From positions 1,776,710 through 1,808,709 of the forward strand of contig NZ_CP061291.1 in NCBI RefSeq assembly GCF_018687455.1: 32,000 bases of DNA. The letters are read 5' to 3'. How positions within the stretch are numbered: position 1 is the stretch's first letter; each line of letters starts with the position of its first letter. This DNA comes from Polynucleobacter sp. TSB-Sco08W16. Lineage in GTDB: Bacteria > Pseudomonadota > Gammaproteobacteria > Burkholderiales > Burkholderiaceae. The notes below the pieces were generated by a model. That model had not been told where the DNA came from. It ran no database searches and saw nothing but the letters and a program-made list of their open reading frames with translations. The translations under genes were made by a program, and so were the position numbers. Positions 10,541-18,272 of the stretch are shown one piece after another.

Positions 10541-11872
10541 TTATTCCTGCGGCTTAGGGTCAGGTGAATTTGCAGGCTGCACCTTATTATTCACAATGAG
10601 TGGTGTACCGTTCTTCAATTTCAGTTGACCACTTGTAACCACCGTATCGCCTTCATTAATACCTTTGAGAATTGCCACCTGGTCGCCACGAGTACTACCA
10701 GTAGTGACAAATACTTGTTGCGCCTCTAACGCTGGATTACCTTGCTTGTCTTTTTTACCAGTAGGCTTAGCAATAAATACAGTTGATCCGTATGGGTTAT
10801 AGGTCACGGCCGTTTGTGGCAAAGTCAATAACTTCACTTGGTCACCCAAATTAATATTCACATTGGCAAACATACCGGGCAGAATTTTCTTATCTGGATT
10901 AGCAATTTGTGCCTCAACCTGAATATTGCGCGTATTAGTATCTACTTTTGGGCTTACCGCAGTAATCTTGCCAGTAAAGCTGGCATCTTTAAATGCATCT
11001 GTAGTGACAACTACATCTTGTCCAACTTGAATTTGCTCAGCATTGCTTTGCGGCAAATTGAAATCTACAAAAATTGGATCCAAGGTCTGCAGCGTTAGTA
11101 ACTTGTCACCTGGATTCACAAACTGGCCAGGATTAATCGACACAATACCCACGCGACCACTAAAGGGGGCCTTTAAATTCTTCTTGGCAACCAATGCGAT
11201 CTGCTGCTCTACCTGCGCCTGCTTGGATTTGGCATCCGCCTTGCTAGTATCAAAGACATTTTTACTAATCGCCTGAATCGCAAGCTGCTGTCTATCGCGC
11301 TCATTAATAACTTTTGCGAGATCAGCCAAGGCTTTTAAGGAATTGAGTTGCGCTACATCAGAGGCATCGTTTAACTTAATAAGTAACTCACCCTCTTTCA
11401 CATCTTGACCAGACTTGATGGGCACTGTCTGTACTAAACCGCCGATTTCAGTGCTCAGGTCTACACCCCTAAAAGCCCGAACGTTACCAACGCTCGTTAA
11501 TTTAGGCTGCCACTCAGAAGTAGCAATCACCATTGTGGAAACGCTTGCAGGCGGCAATCCCATTCCTGATATGAAATGCTTAATCATGAAGGTCTTAAAT
11601 TGATTAAAAGCAAAAATCAAACCGAGTAACAAGAAAACGCCGCATAACATGATGGTCATACGACGTTGGAGTGGCTCCATCGCCATGAGCTTAGCGTGCG
11701 CTTTTGTGCCGCGCCACTTGACGCCGATGCGGGCATAAAAAGCCTTTACCTTTTCCCAAAGCGCAATAGCCTTCTCACGCAATTTCCATTGCACGGCTTT
11801 CAGTTTCATCCATGCCCATAGGACAAGAACGGCAGCAATGAGCTTGCTCTTAATTGTTTCCAGAAGTTTCAT
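10541..11872 (-). CDS. RND efflux periplasmic adaptor (membrane fusion protein). Start uncertain: 11872, 11686 or 11680.
   Basis: The 443-aa ORF has lipoyl/beta-barrel MFP motifs (KAPFSGRVG, ILPGMFANV). The longest form overlaps the OMF gene by 23 nt. Confidence 0.9.
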   Translation of the reverse strand: MKLLETIKSKLIAAVLVLWAWMKLKAVQWKLREKAIALWEKVKAFYARIGVKWRGTKAHAKLMAMEPLQRRMTIMLCGVFLLLGLIFAFNQFKTFMIKHFISGMGLPPASVSTMVIATSEWQPKLTSVGNVRAFRGVDLSTEIGGLVQTVPIKSGQDVKEGELLIKLNDASDVAQLNSLKALADLAKVINERDRQQLAIQAISKNVFDTSKADAKSKQAQVEQQIALVAKKNLKAPFSGRVGIVSINPGQFVNPGDKLLTLQTLDPIFVDFNLPQSNAEQIQVGQDVVVTTDAFKDASFTGKITAVSPKVDTNTRNIQVEAQIANPDKKILPGMFANVNINLGDQVKLLTLPQTAVTYNPYGSTVFIAKPTGKKDKQGNPALEAQQVFVTTGSTRGDQVAILKGINEGDTVVTSGQLKLKNGTPLIVNNKVQPANSPDPKPQE

Positions 11873-13391
11873 TTTGATCTTTGTTCGCTATGTCTTTTGG
11901 TTTGAATGCAGGGCCTTGACGATTCCACCAGCCGCCGCCTAATGCTACAAATAGTGCCGCTGTATCAGAGAAGCGAGTCGCTTGCGCAGCCACAGACTTC
12001 ACTTTTGCTTGTTGATACTGGTTCTGGTAATACAAAACTGCCAAGTAACTTGCTGTGCCTAATTTGTATTGTTGCTGTACAAGGTCTAGCGTTTCATAGG
12101 CATAACGTTCTGCATCAGACGCAGCTTTTAATGCTTGAGCACCCGTCTCAAGTGCACGTAAAGCATTTGCAACCTCTTGAAAAGCATTCAGTACTGTTGC
12201 TTGATATTGATAGGCTGCCAATTCATAGTTTGCAATGGCGCCCCGACGCTGCGCCAATAATTGCCCACCCTGAAATAAGGGCTGCAAAATACCTGCGCCA
12301 ATAGACCATAAAGATGAGTTAGGACCAAAGAGGGCTGCCGAGGTAAGTGCCGCAGAGCCAATTGAGCCAGTGATATTAAATTGTGGCAATAAGTTTGCTG
12401 TAGCCACTCCAACGAATGCGTTCTGCGCCTTTAACTGGGCTTCTGCAGCACGAACGTCGGGGCGTTGACGGACTAAACTGGAAGGCACTGAGAGTGGTAA
12501 TTTTTCTGGCAAATGCAGCTTGGTGAGATCAAATTTAGTAATGGCTGCATTGCTAGGTAATTCACCGACTAGTACAGCTAATTGGTTCCTCGCAAAAGCT
12601 AGGTTTCTTTCGTAATTAAATAAATCTACCTGAGAATTTGCCACCAAGGTTTGCTGTGAAGTCACATCAACTTTTGAGACCGTGCCAATACGTAGCTGTT
12701 TCTCAGTCACTTCGGCAAGATTCGTTTGCGCTTTCAAAATTTCTTCAGTAGCCTGCATTTGTGCACGTAAGGCAGCTTCTTTCACAGCGCCCGTAACAAC
12801 GTTTGCAGTCAAAGAGAGGTAGGCACCTTCCAATTGAAATTGAGCGACTTCTGCTTGTGCTTTTGCACCCTCTACAGCACGACGAGCTCCGCCAAATACA
12901 TCCAGCTTATAGGTCACATTTACTGATGTGTTGTACAGATTGTAGGTATCGGAACCAGATGAAAGACCATAGATCGCAGCTGGTTGAAGTTGACGCGTAG
13001 CTCCCGCACCAACACTTACTGCAGGAAAATATTGACCGCCAATCTGAGCATTCACATTTTCTTGTGCGGCTCGCAACGCTGCATCTGCGGCACCTAAATT
13101 AGGATTTTGCTCCAAGGCTTTTTTAATCAGGGCGTCAAGCTCTGGAGATTTGTAGAGCTCCCACCATTGCGCTTCAATATCGGCGCCTTCTACAAACTCT
13201 TGATCTGTGCCGCCAGGAACGCCCGGGGCTTTAGCAAGCTTCTGAGATAAGGGGCCTTCAGTATATGAAGTAGTTTTAGGGGCGTCTGGCTGTTTAAAGT
13301 CAGGGCCAACTGCACATGCAGACACTACCGCTGCACAAATGAGCAGAAGTGAATAAAAACGAGCGCATGAAAGGGCTTTCGACAGAAACAT
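11850..13391 (-). CDS. Efflux outer-membrane factor lipoprotein (NodT/OprM family)
   Basis: The 513-aa ORF has a signal peptide with a VSAC lipobox, a WWxxF-like motif (QWWELYKSPELD) and a C-terminal LGGGW motif. It is the first gene of the OMF-MFP-RND operon. Confidence 0.9.
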   Translation of the reverse strand: MFLSKALSCARFYSLLLICAAVVSACAVGPDFKQPDAPKTTSYTEGPLSQKLAKAPGVPGGTDQEFVEGADIEAQWWELYKSPELDALIKKALEQNPNLGAADAALRAAQENVNAQIGGQYFPAVSVGAGATRQLQPAAIYGLSSGSDTYNLYNTSVNVTYKLDVFGGARRAVEGAKAQAEVAQFQLEGAYLSLTANVVTGAVKEAALRAQMQATEEILKAQTNLAEVTEKQLRIGTVSKVDVTSQQTLVANSQVDLFNYERNLAFARNQLAVLVGELPSNAAITKFDLTKLHLPEKLPLSVPSSLVRQRPDVRAAEAQLKAQNAFVGVATANLLPQFNITGSIGSAALTSAALFGPNSSLWSIGAGILQPLFQGGQLLAQRRGAIANYELAAYQYQATVLNAFQEVANALRALETGAQALKAASDAERYAYETLDLVQQQYKLGTASYLAVLYYQNQYQQAKVKSVAAQATRFSDTAALFVALGGGWWNRQGPAFKPKDIANKDQNETSGNN

Positions 13392-13518
13392 AAATTACAA
13401 CGAATATCCTCTTGAACAAGAGTTATTTGAACACAAAAATGAAAGAAGAGCCTCGTAAAGCCCTGATTTATCTACCTAAATTTGTTCATAACTGCGAACG
13501 AAAGTCAACTTAGGAAAA

Positions 13519-15351
13519 TTATTCGACGGTCACGCTTTTTGCTAAGTTACGCGGCTTATCAACGTCAGTGCCACGCGCACAAGCCGTGTGATAGGCCAGA
13601 AGCTGAAGGGGAACAACATGCAAGATGGGTGACAGATTGCCATAATGCTCTGGTAAACGAATCACATGGATGCCTTCACTGCTAACGATTTCAGTATCTT
13701 GATCAGCAAAGACATATAACTTGCCACCACGCGCTTTTACTTCCTGCATATTTGACTTCAGTTTTTCTAACAAGTCGTCCTTAGGCGCAACAGTGACCAC
13801 TGGCATCTTGTCAGTAACCAAGGCTAAAGGTCCGTGCTTTAACTCGCCAGCGGGATAAGCTTCAGCATGAATATAAGAAATTTCTTTTAACTTTAGGGCG
13901 CCCTCAAGTGCAATGGGATAGTGCAAGCCACGCCCCAAAAAGAGTGCATTTTCACACTTAGCAAATACATCGCTCCAAGCAATAATTTGCGGCTCAAGCG
14001 CAAGTACTGCATGCAATGCCTTTGGTAAATGACGCAGCTCTCTAAGCAGCTCTTTTTCTTTTTCAGCAGAAACTTTTCCTGCACGCTTTGCGATAGAAAT
14101 AGCCAATAGATATAGCGCCAGTAATTGCGTAGTAAATGCCTTAGTAGAAGCTACGCCAATTTCAGCACCAGCTTTAGTTAAGAAGTGCCAATCCGTTTCA
14201 CGAACCATGGCACTACTTGCCACATTGCAAATTGCTAAAGTGTATTGATGGCCAAGGGCCTTGGCATGACGTAAGGCAGCTAAAGTATCTGCCGTTTCAC
14301 CTGATTGAGAAACAACAACAACTAAGGTCTTTGGATTTGGCACCGTAGTGCGATAACGATACTCGCTAGCAATTTCTACCTGAGTAGGTATACCAGCAAT
14401 ATCCTCTAACCAATACTTAGCAACGCAGGCCGAATAGTAGCTCGTGCCACATGCCAGAATCAAAATTTGGTCGAATGCTTTCCAGTCATCTGGATTGGCA
14501 CCAAATAACTCTGGGCCAAAAGAGGCGATGTTAGCGAGCGTATCGCCAATAGCCCTAGGTTGCTCAAAAATCTCTTTTTGCATGTAATGCTGATATGGAC
14601 CAAGGTCGACAGAGTCAGCCTGTGCTGGCATTGGCTTACGATCACGCTCTACTGACTTGCCAGACTGATCAATCACTTGAATGCTATCCGCACTCAGGAT
14701 GACAACATCACCCTCTTCCAAGTACATCATCGAGTGCGCGCGTCCTGCCAATGCTAAGGCGTCTGAGGCTAGAAAATTTTCTTGCTTACCAAGGGCGACT
14801 ACTAGGGGTGAACCTACGCGTGCACCCACTAAAGTTTGAGGGCTATCTTGCGCAATAACACCAATTGCATAGGCGCCATGTAATTTTGGTAAAACTGCTT
14901 TTACAGATTTCGCAATATCTTTTTGATTGCTACCAATGTACTCCTGATGAATAAGGTGAGCGATCACCTCTGTGTCAGTTTCAGAAGTAAAAACGTAACC
15001 AGCTGCTTTTAATTCTGCACGAAGTACTTCATAGTTTTCGATAATGCCGTTGTGGACAACAGCAATCAAGCCATTTGAAATATGGGGATGTGCGTTTTGA
15101 GTATCAGGCTTACCATGGGTTGCCCAGCGGGTATGCGCAATACCTAAGGTGCCATGAAAATCTTTACCCTGTTCGGCCAACTCAGAGACGCGAGCTGTGG
15201 TGCGAGCTCGTTCAATCGGATGCTGAGGGTCATAGCCGTTTATTACTGCGAATCCACAAGAGTCATAACCGCGATACTCTAAGCGGCGCAAACCTTCAAC
15301 CAAAACATCCACAATGTTTGTATGAGAAGCTGCCCCAACAATGCCGCACAT
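13519..15351 (-). CDS. glmS: Glutamine--fructose-6-phosphate aminotransferase
   Basis: The 610-aa ORF has the MCGIVGA N-terminal nucleophile and the C-terminal [12 protein letters not shown]. Confidence 0.97.
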   Translation of the reverse strand: MCGIVGAASHTNIVDVLVEGLRRLEYRGYDSCGFAVINGYDPQHPIERARTTARVSELAEQGKDFHGTLGIAHTRWATHGKPDTQNAHPHISNGLIAVVHNGIIENYEVLRAELKAAGYVFTSETDTEVIAHLIHQEYIGSNQKDIAKSVKAVLPKLHGAYAIGVIAQDSPQTLVGARVGSPLVVALGKQENFLASDALALAGRAHSMMYLEEGDVVILSADSIQVIDQSGKSVERDRKPMPAQADSVDLGPYQHYMQKEIFEQPRAIGDTLANIASFGPELFGANPDDWKAFDQILILACGTSYYSACVAKYWLEDIAGIPTQVEIASEYRYRTTVPNPKTLVVVVSQSGETADTLAALRHAKALGHQYTLAICNVASSAMVRETDWHFLTKAGAEIGVASTKAFTTQLLALYLLAISIAKRAGKVSAEKEKELLRELRHLPKALHAVLALEPQIIAWSDVFAKCENALFLGRGLHYPIALEGALKLKEISYIHAEAYPAGELKHGPLALVTDKMPVVTVAPKDDLLEKLKSNMQEVKARGGKLYVFADQDTEIVSSEGIHVIRLPEHYGNLSPILHVVPLQLLAYHTACARGTDVDKPRNLAKSVTVE

Positions 15352-16856
15352 TATCTTTTACTCCTAACCACTTTATTAGGAGCTTTCTTGACAGTCTTTT
15401 TGGCTGCTACTTTTTTCATAGCCGCTTTTTTGGGCGCAGACTTTTTAGTCGTCACTTTCTTTACTGGACGCTGCCATTGCAAAGAGATTTGTTTGGCTCT
15501 TGATACCGTTAACTGATGTGGAGGCGCATCTTTGGTAAGAGTGGTGCCGGCTCCCAATGTCGCACCACGCCCAACGCGCACTGGAGCAACTAATTGAGTG
15601 TCCGATCCAATGAAGACATCATCCTCAATAATGGTCTGGTGTTTATTTACACCATCGTAATTACAAGTAATCGTGCCAGCGCCAATATTGACTCTTGATC
15701 CAACAATAGAGTCGCCAACATATGCCAAGTGATTTGCTTTGCTGTTCGCAGCAATTTTGCTGTTCTTCACCTCAACGAAATTGCCGATGTGCACATCGTT
15801 TGATAAGTCTGCGCCAGGGCGTAAACGAGCATAAGGACCAATCACTGACTCGTTACCCACTTTTGCGCCATCTAAATGACTATACGCATGAATAGCTACA
15901 TTTTTACCGATAGCACTGTTACGAATCACACAGTAAGGGCCAACCTTAGTGCCCGATGCAAGGGTTACAGCACCCTCAAATACACAACCTACATCAATAG
16001 AAACATCCGTGCCACAGTCCAGCGTGCCACGTATATCAATACGCGCAGGATCTGCAAGTGATACACCCGCATCCATGAGTTGATTGGCAATGTTCAATTG
16101 ATGAACTCGTTCTAGAGCGGCTAACTGATCTCGACTATTCACTCCAACAGTTTCAAATTCTTTATCTGCTTGGGTTGTACGAATCGGCACGCCATCTTTC
16201 ACGGCCATTGCAATCACATCAGTTAAGTAATACTCGCCCTGAGCGTTGCTTGCACGCATTCCTTTGAGCCATTTCTTAAGGGAATTTGTTGGCAATACCA
16301 TAATGCCGGTATTAATTTCTTGGATTGCCTTTTGAGAAGATGTTGCATCCTTCTCTTCAACAATCTCTTTGACAGAGCCATCAGCATCGCGCATGATACG
16401 ACCATAACCCGTCGGATTGCTTAAGTTTTGAGTAAGAAGAGCAAGTGCAGAATCTTTGCCACGAACGCCATCAGCCAATTTAGCTAATTTAGTAAGTGTC
16501 TTTTGGGTGGTCAGCGGGACGTCGCCATATAAAACTAAAGTAGGCTCGTGAACATCCAGTTTTGATAAGGCTTGTAGTAATGCATGGCCAGTGCCCTTTT
16601 GTTGAGCCTGTAAAACAGTGCTGACCTTGCCAAACTTAGCATCTTCATTGGTGGCGTTTACGAGGAATGCTTTGACATCTACAGCGCCATGTCCAACCAC
16701 CACAATTGGCCCATTTTTAGTGGACTTTCCTTGAAGGGATAAAGCAGTATCGAGGACATGCTGCAACAGGGGCTTACCCGCTAAAGTTTGCAGGACCTTG
16801 GGCAACGCGGATTTCATCCGCTTTCCTTGACCAGCAGCCAATATGACGATATTCAT
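15351..16856 (-). CDS. glmU: Bifunctional GlcNAc-1-P uridyltransferase / GlcN-1-P acetyltransferase with an extra Lys/Ala-rich C-terminal tail
   Basis: [14 protein letters not shown] is followed by left-handed beta-helix hexapeptide repeats. The canonical end, WQRPVKK, is followed by 34 extra residues ([34 protein letters not shown]). The stop overlaps the glmS ATG (TAATG). Confidence 0.95.
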   Translation of the reverse strand: MNIVILAAGQGKRMKSALPKVLQTLAGKPLLQHVLDTALSLQGKSTKNGPIVVVGHGAVDVKAFLVNATNEDAKFGKVSTVLQAQQKGTGHALLQALSKLDVHEPTLVLYGDVPLTTQKTLTKLAKLADGVRGKDSALALLTQNLSNPTGYGRIMRDADGSVKEIVEEKDATSSQKAIQEINTGIMVLPTNSLKKWLKGMRASNAQGEYYLTDVIAMAVKDGVPIRTTQADKEFETVGVNSRDQLAALERVHQLNIANQLMDAGVSLADPARIDIRGTLDCGTDVSIDVGCVFEGAVTLASGTKVGPYCVIRNSAIGKNVAIHAYSHLDGAKVGNESVIGPYARLRPGADLSNDVHIGNFVEVKNSKIAANSKANHLAYVGDSIVGSRVNIGAGTITCNYDGVNKHQTIIEDDVFIGSDTQLVAPVRVGRGATLGAGTTLTKDAPPHQLTVSRAKQISLQWQRPVKKVTTKKSAPKKAAMKKVAAKKTVKKAPNKVVRSKR

Positions 16857-16865
16857 AGAAGGGGA

Positions 16866-16898
16866 TTATAAGTCCCCTGAATCATGGTTCCACAAGCC
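16866..16898. repeat. attL-like direct repeat, the displaced original ttcA 3' end
   Basis: ttataagtcccCtgaatCaTggttccacaagcc matches 21950-21982 at 30 of 33 positions. On the minus strand it reads ...[14 protein letters not shown], with the TGA overlapping the glmU ATG (ATGA at 16853-16856). Confidence 0.7.
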
Positions 16899-16953
16899 TG
16901 CTGAAAAATATTTAATCATGTCTAACCTTGTATAGAAGATGGCAAGTCAATGA

Positions 16954-17127
16954 CTAGGCAGTGATGGCTTTTTGTAGGTTCTGCTGTGCCTTAGCGACTT
17001 TCTGTCGCTTGCGTTCGCTGTCTAACGCTTTGCTGACATTGTCTTTCTGCGTTTTCAATGCGTTTAAGCGTGCTTGTTGCGGGGTAAGCGGCTTTTTAAC
17101 GGCGGGTGCAATTTCACTAAAACGCAT
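16954..17127 (-). CDS. Hypothetical small protein (57 aa, Lys/Gln-rich, coiled-coil-like)
   Basis: My translation is MRFSEIAPAVKKPLTPQQARLNALKTQKDNVSKALDSERKRQKVAKAQQNLQKAITA*. The ATG lies 2 nt after the stop of the upstream small ORF, and GGAG lies about 13 nt upstream. It is below the track cutoff. Confidence 0.3.
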   Translation of the reverse strand: MRFSEIAPAVKKPLTPQQARLNALKTQKDNVSKALDSERKRQKVAKAQQNLQKAITA

Positions 17128-17129
17128 TG

Positions 17130-17276
17130 TTAGTGAATCTCCGTTGGCATATGCGGGACATTACTAGCACCGTAGATAGATTTGCAGAGTGCATAGGCTT
17201 GCACGATGTTCTGCGCAAACACTATCGTCTCTACCCACAGCCCGCTTGCCTTTACCGTTGCTTTGTATTTACGCAT
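17130..17276 (-). CDS. Hypothetical small protein (48 aa)
   Basis: My translation is MRKYKATVKASGLWVETIVFAQNIVQAYALCKSIYGASNVPHMPTEIH*. There is no clear Shine-Dalgarno sequence. It is coupled to the 16954-17127 ORF. Confidence 0.3.
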   Translation of the reverse strand: MRKYKATVKASGLWVETIVFAQNIVQAYALCKSIYGASNVPHMPTEIH

Positions 17277-17344
17277 ATGAGTATTTAGTTGCGGGAGGGG
17301 GGAAGAAATTGTTATAGTATTTAGAAATACTAATATTTCTATAA

Positions 17345-17731
17345 ATGAAAAGCCTACTAATACTTCTCGCCGCCTTCGTCTTAGTTGCCTGTTCTAATAA
17401 TGAGAACTTGAAACTTTCCTGCTACGGCTCCAGCATAAAAATCGAAGGCAATAATGAAATTGTCTCCTCGCAAATTACTCAAACCTATAAGTTTCAGAAC
17501 TTGAAGTTTGATAATTATGAATGTGCCACACACTCTAATATTGTTAGCTGTAATTTTCTAAAAGAAGAAAATGGCACAAGAGAACGCAAGCGAATAATTT
17601 ATGACACAAAAACATTATCGTTTGTTGAAATAATTGTCGTATGGGCTATTGGCGATAAAGTGAAGATGAATGAACGCACTATTATGCGCACGGAATTTAT
17701 TGGCACTTGCCAAAAGCCTATTCTCAATTAA
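17345..17731 (+). CDS. Island-encoded putative lipoprotein, function unknown
   Basis: The 128-aa ORF begins MKSLLILLAAFVLVACSNN, with an LVAC lipobox. Codon usage is A+T-rich. Confidence 0.6.
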   Translation: MKSLLILLAAFVLVACSNNENLKLSCYGSSIKIEGNNEIVSSQITQTYKFQNLKFDNYECATHSNIVSCNFLKEENGTRERKRIIYDTKTLSFVEIIVVWAIGDKVKMNERTIMRTEFIGTCQKPILN

Positions 17732-17736
17732 GCACA

Positions 17737-18177
17737 TCACCTCTTAAATGTTTTACGCACAGCACCGCTTGCAGTCGCTATTTGCGTGTCAAGCTCACCT
17801 TGCTCTACAGCTTGTTTAACAAGCTCTAACGCTTTAATTAAACCCTGTGCGCTATCGCACTCTACGCTTGTCTTACCTTTAACTAGTTCAATAATCTGCG
17901 TTCCATATTTAATTGCTACGCACAGCTTTCCTTGCTCATTCTTAAACCACCACTCTCTAATACGCTTATTCACTTCCACGCTCTTTTTAAGTCCAGTCTC
18001 CTTATCTTTTACGGTGCGAAACTTCTTTACCGTAAAGCTAGTGCCATCTAATTGCGATTTAGCTAGCTGTATTTGTTCCCATATTTTGTTTGATAACTTA
18101 TTGCGACGAAATACGACTTGCGGAATTTGTGCTGGTTTTTTTGCTGTGCTCAGTTTTAATGTGTCTAGTGTTCCCAT
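17737..18177 (-). CDS. Island-encoded hypothetical protein (146 aa)
   Basis: A strong RBS (AGGAG) lies 6 nt upstream of the ATG at 18177. From memory only, it is reminiscent of a family of roughly 150-aa proteins of unknown function seen on proteobacterial islands. No catalytic motif was recognised. Confidence 0.7.
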   Translation of the reverse strand: MGTLDTLKLSTAKKPAQIPQVVFRRNKLSNKIWEQIQLAKSQLDGTSFTVKKFRTVKDKETGLKKSVEVNKRIREWWFKNEQGKLCVAIKYGTQIIELVKGKTSVECDSAQGLIKALELVKQAVEQGELDTQIATASGAVRKTFKR

Positions 18178-18205
18178 CTAATACTCCTTGTTGTGTAGAA
18201 ATAAT

Positions 18206-18272
18206 GGTTTAACTAAACGCAGGTTTTTTGGTTATTTCTGTAAAAAATCCTGCGTTTGCCTAAACCCTATAT
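18206..18272. repeat. Long imperfect palindrome A (left boundary of the recombinase module)
   Basis: The left arm is ggtttaACTaaacgcagg+T6 (18206-18229). The right arm is A6-t-cctgcgtttGCCtaaacc (18249-18266). A conserved 3-nt internal mismatch bubble is present. The left arm matches 19912-19935 at 23 of 24 positions. Confidence 0.75.

Noticed and set aside
7498-13391. Numerous 60-130-aa ORFs antisense to or overlapping the efflux genes (e.g. 8182-8376, 10838-11098, 11906-12304, 12803-13000)
   Set aside because: All are embedded in long, well-supported genes on the other strand or frame and lack RBS or recognisable motifs. They are shadow ORFs.
15352-15520. Plus-strand ORFs 15075-15503 and 15322-15516 and a possible glmS-type regulatory RNA upstream of glmS
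   Set aside because: The region is fully occupied by the glmU C-terminal tail on the minus strand, and the glmU stop overlaps the glmS ATG. The plus-strand ORFs are Phe/Leu-rich mirror images of the Lys-rich tail. There is no space for a ribozyme or riboswitch.
16857-16953. Search for a tRNA or tmRNA gene as the island integration target, also at 21789-21933
   Set aside because: There is no cloverleaf-capable sequence and no GTTCRANNC T-loop box at either boundary. The duplicated segment is the ttcA coding 3' end instead.
16961-17167. 68-aa plus-strand ORF (MMAFCRFCCALATFC...)
   Set aside because: It is Cys/Leu/Phe-rich and low in complexity, with an alternative start and no RBS. It lies antisense to the two better-formed small minus-strand ORFs, so it is most likely a shadow ORF.
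18206-18272. Palindromes A and B as classical integron attC sites
   Set aside because: A's left end (gtttaac) fits RYYYAAC, but the matching GTTRRRY R' box is absent. B fits neither. No IntI-type integrase (with its characteristic insertion) is present, so the analogy is only conceptual.
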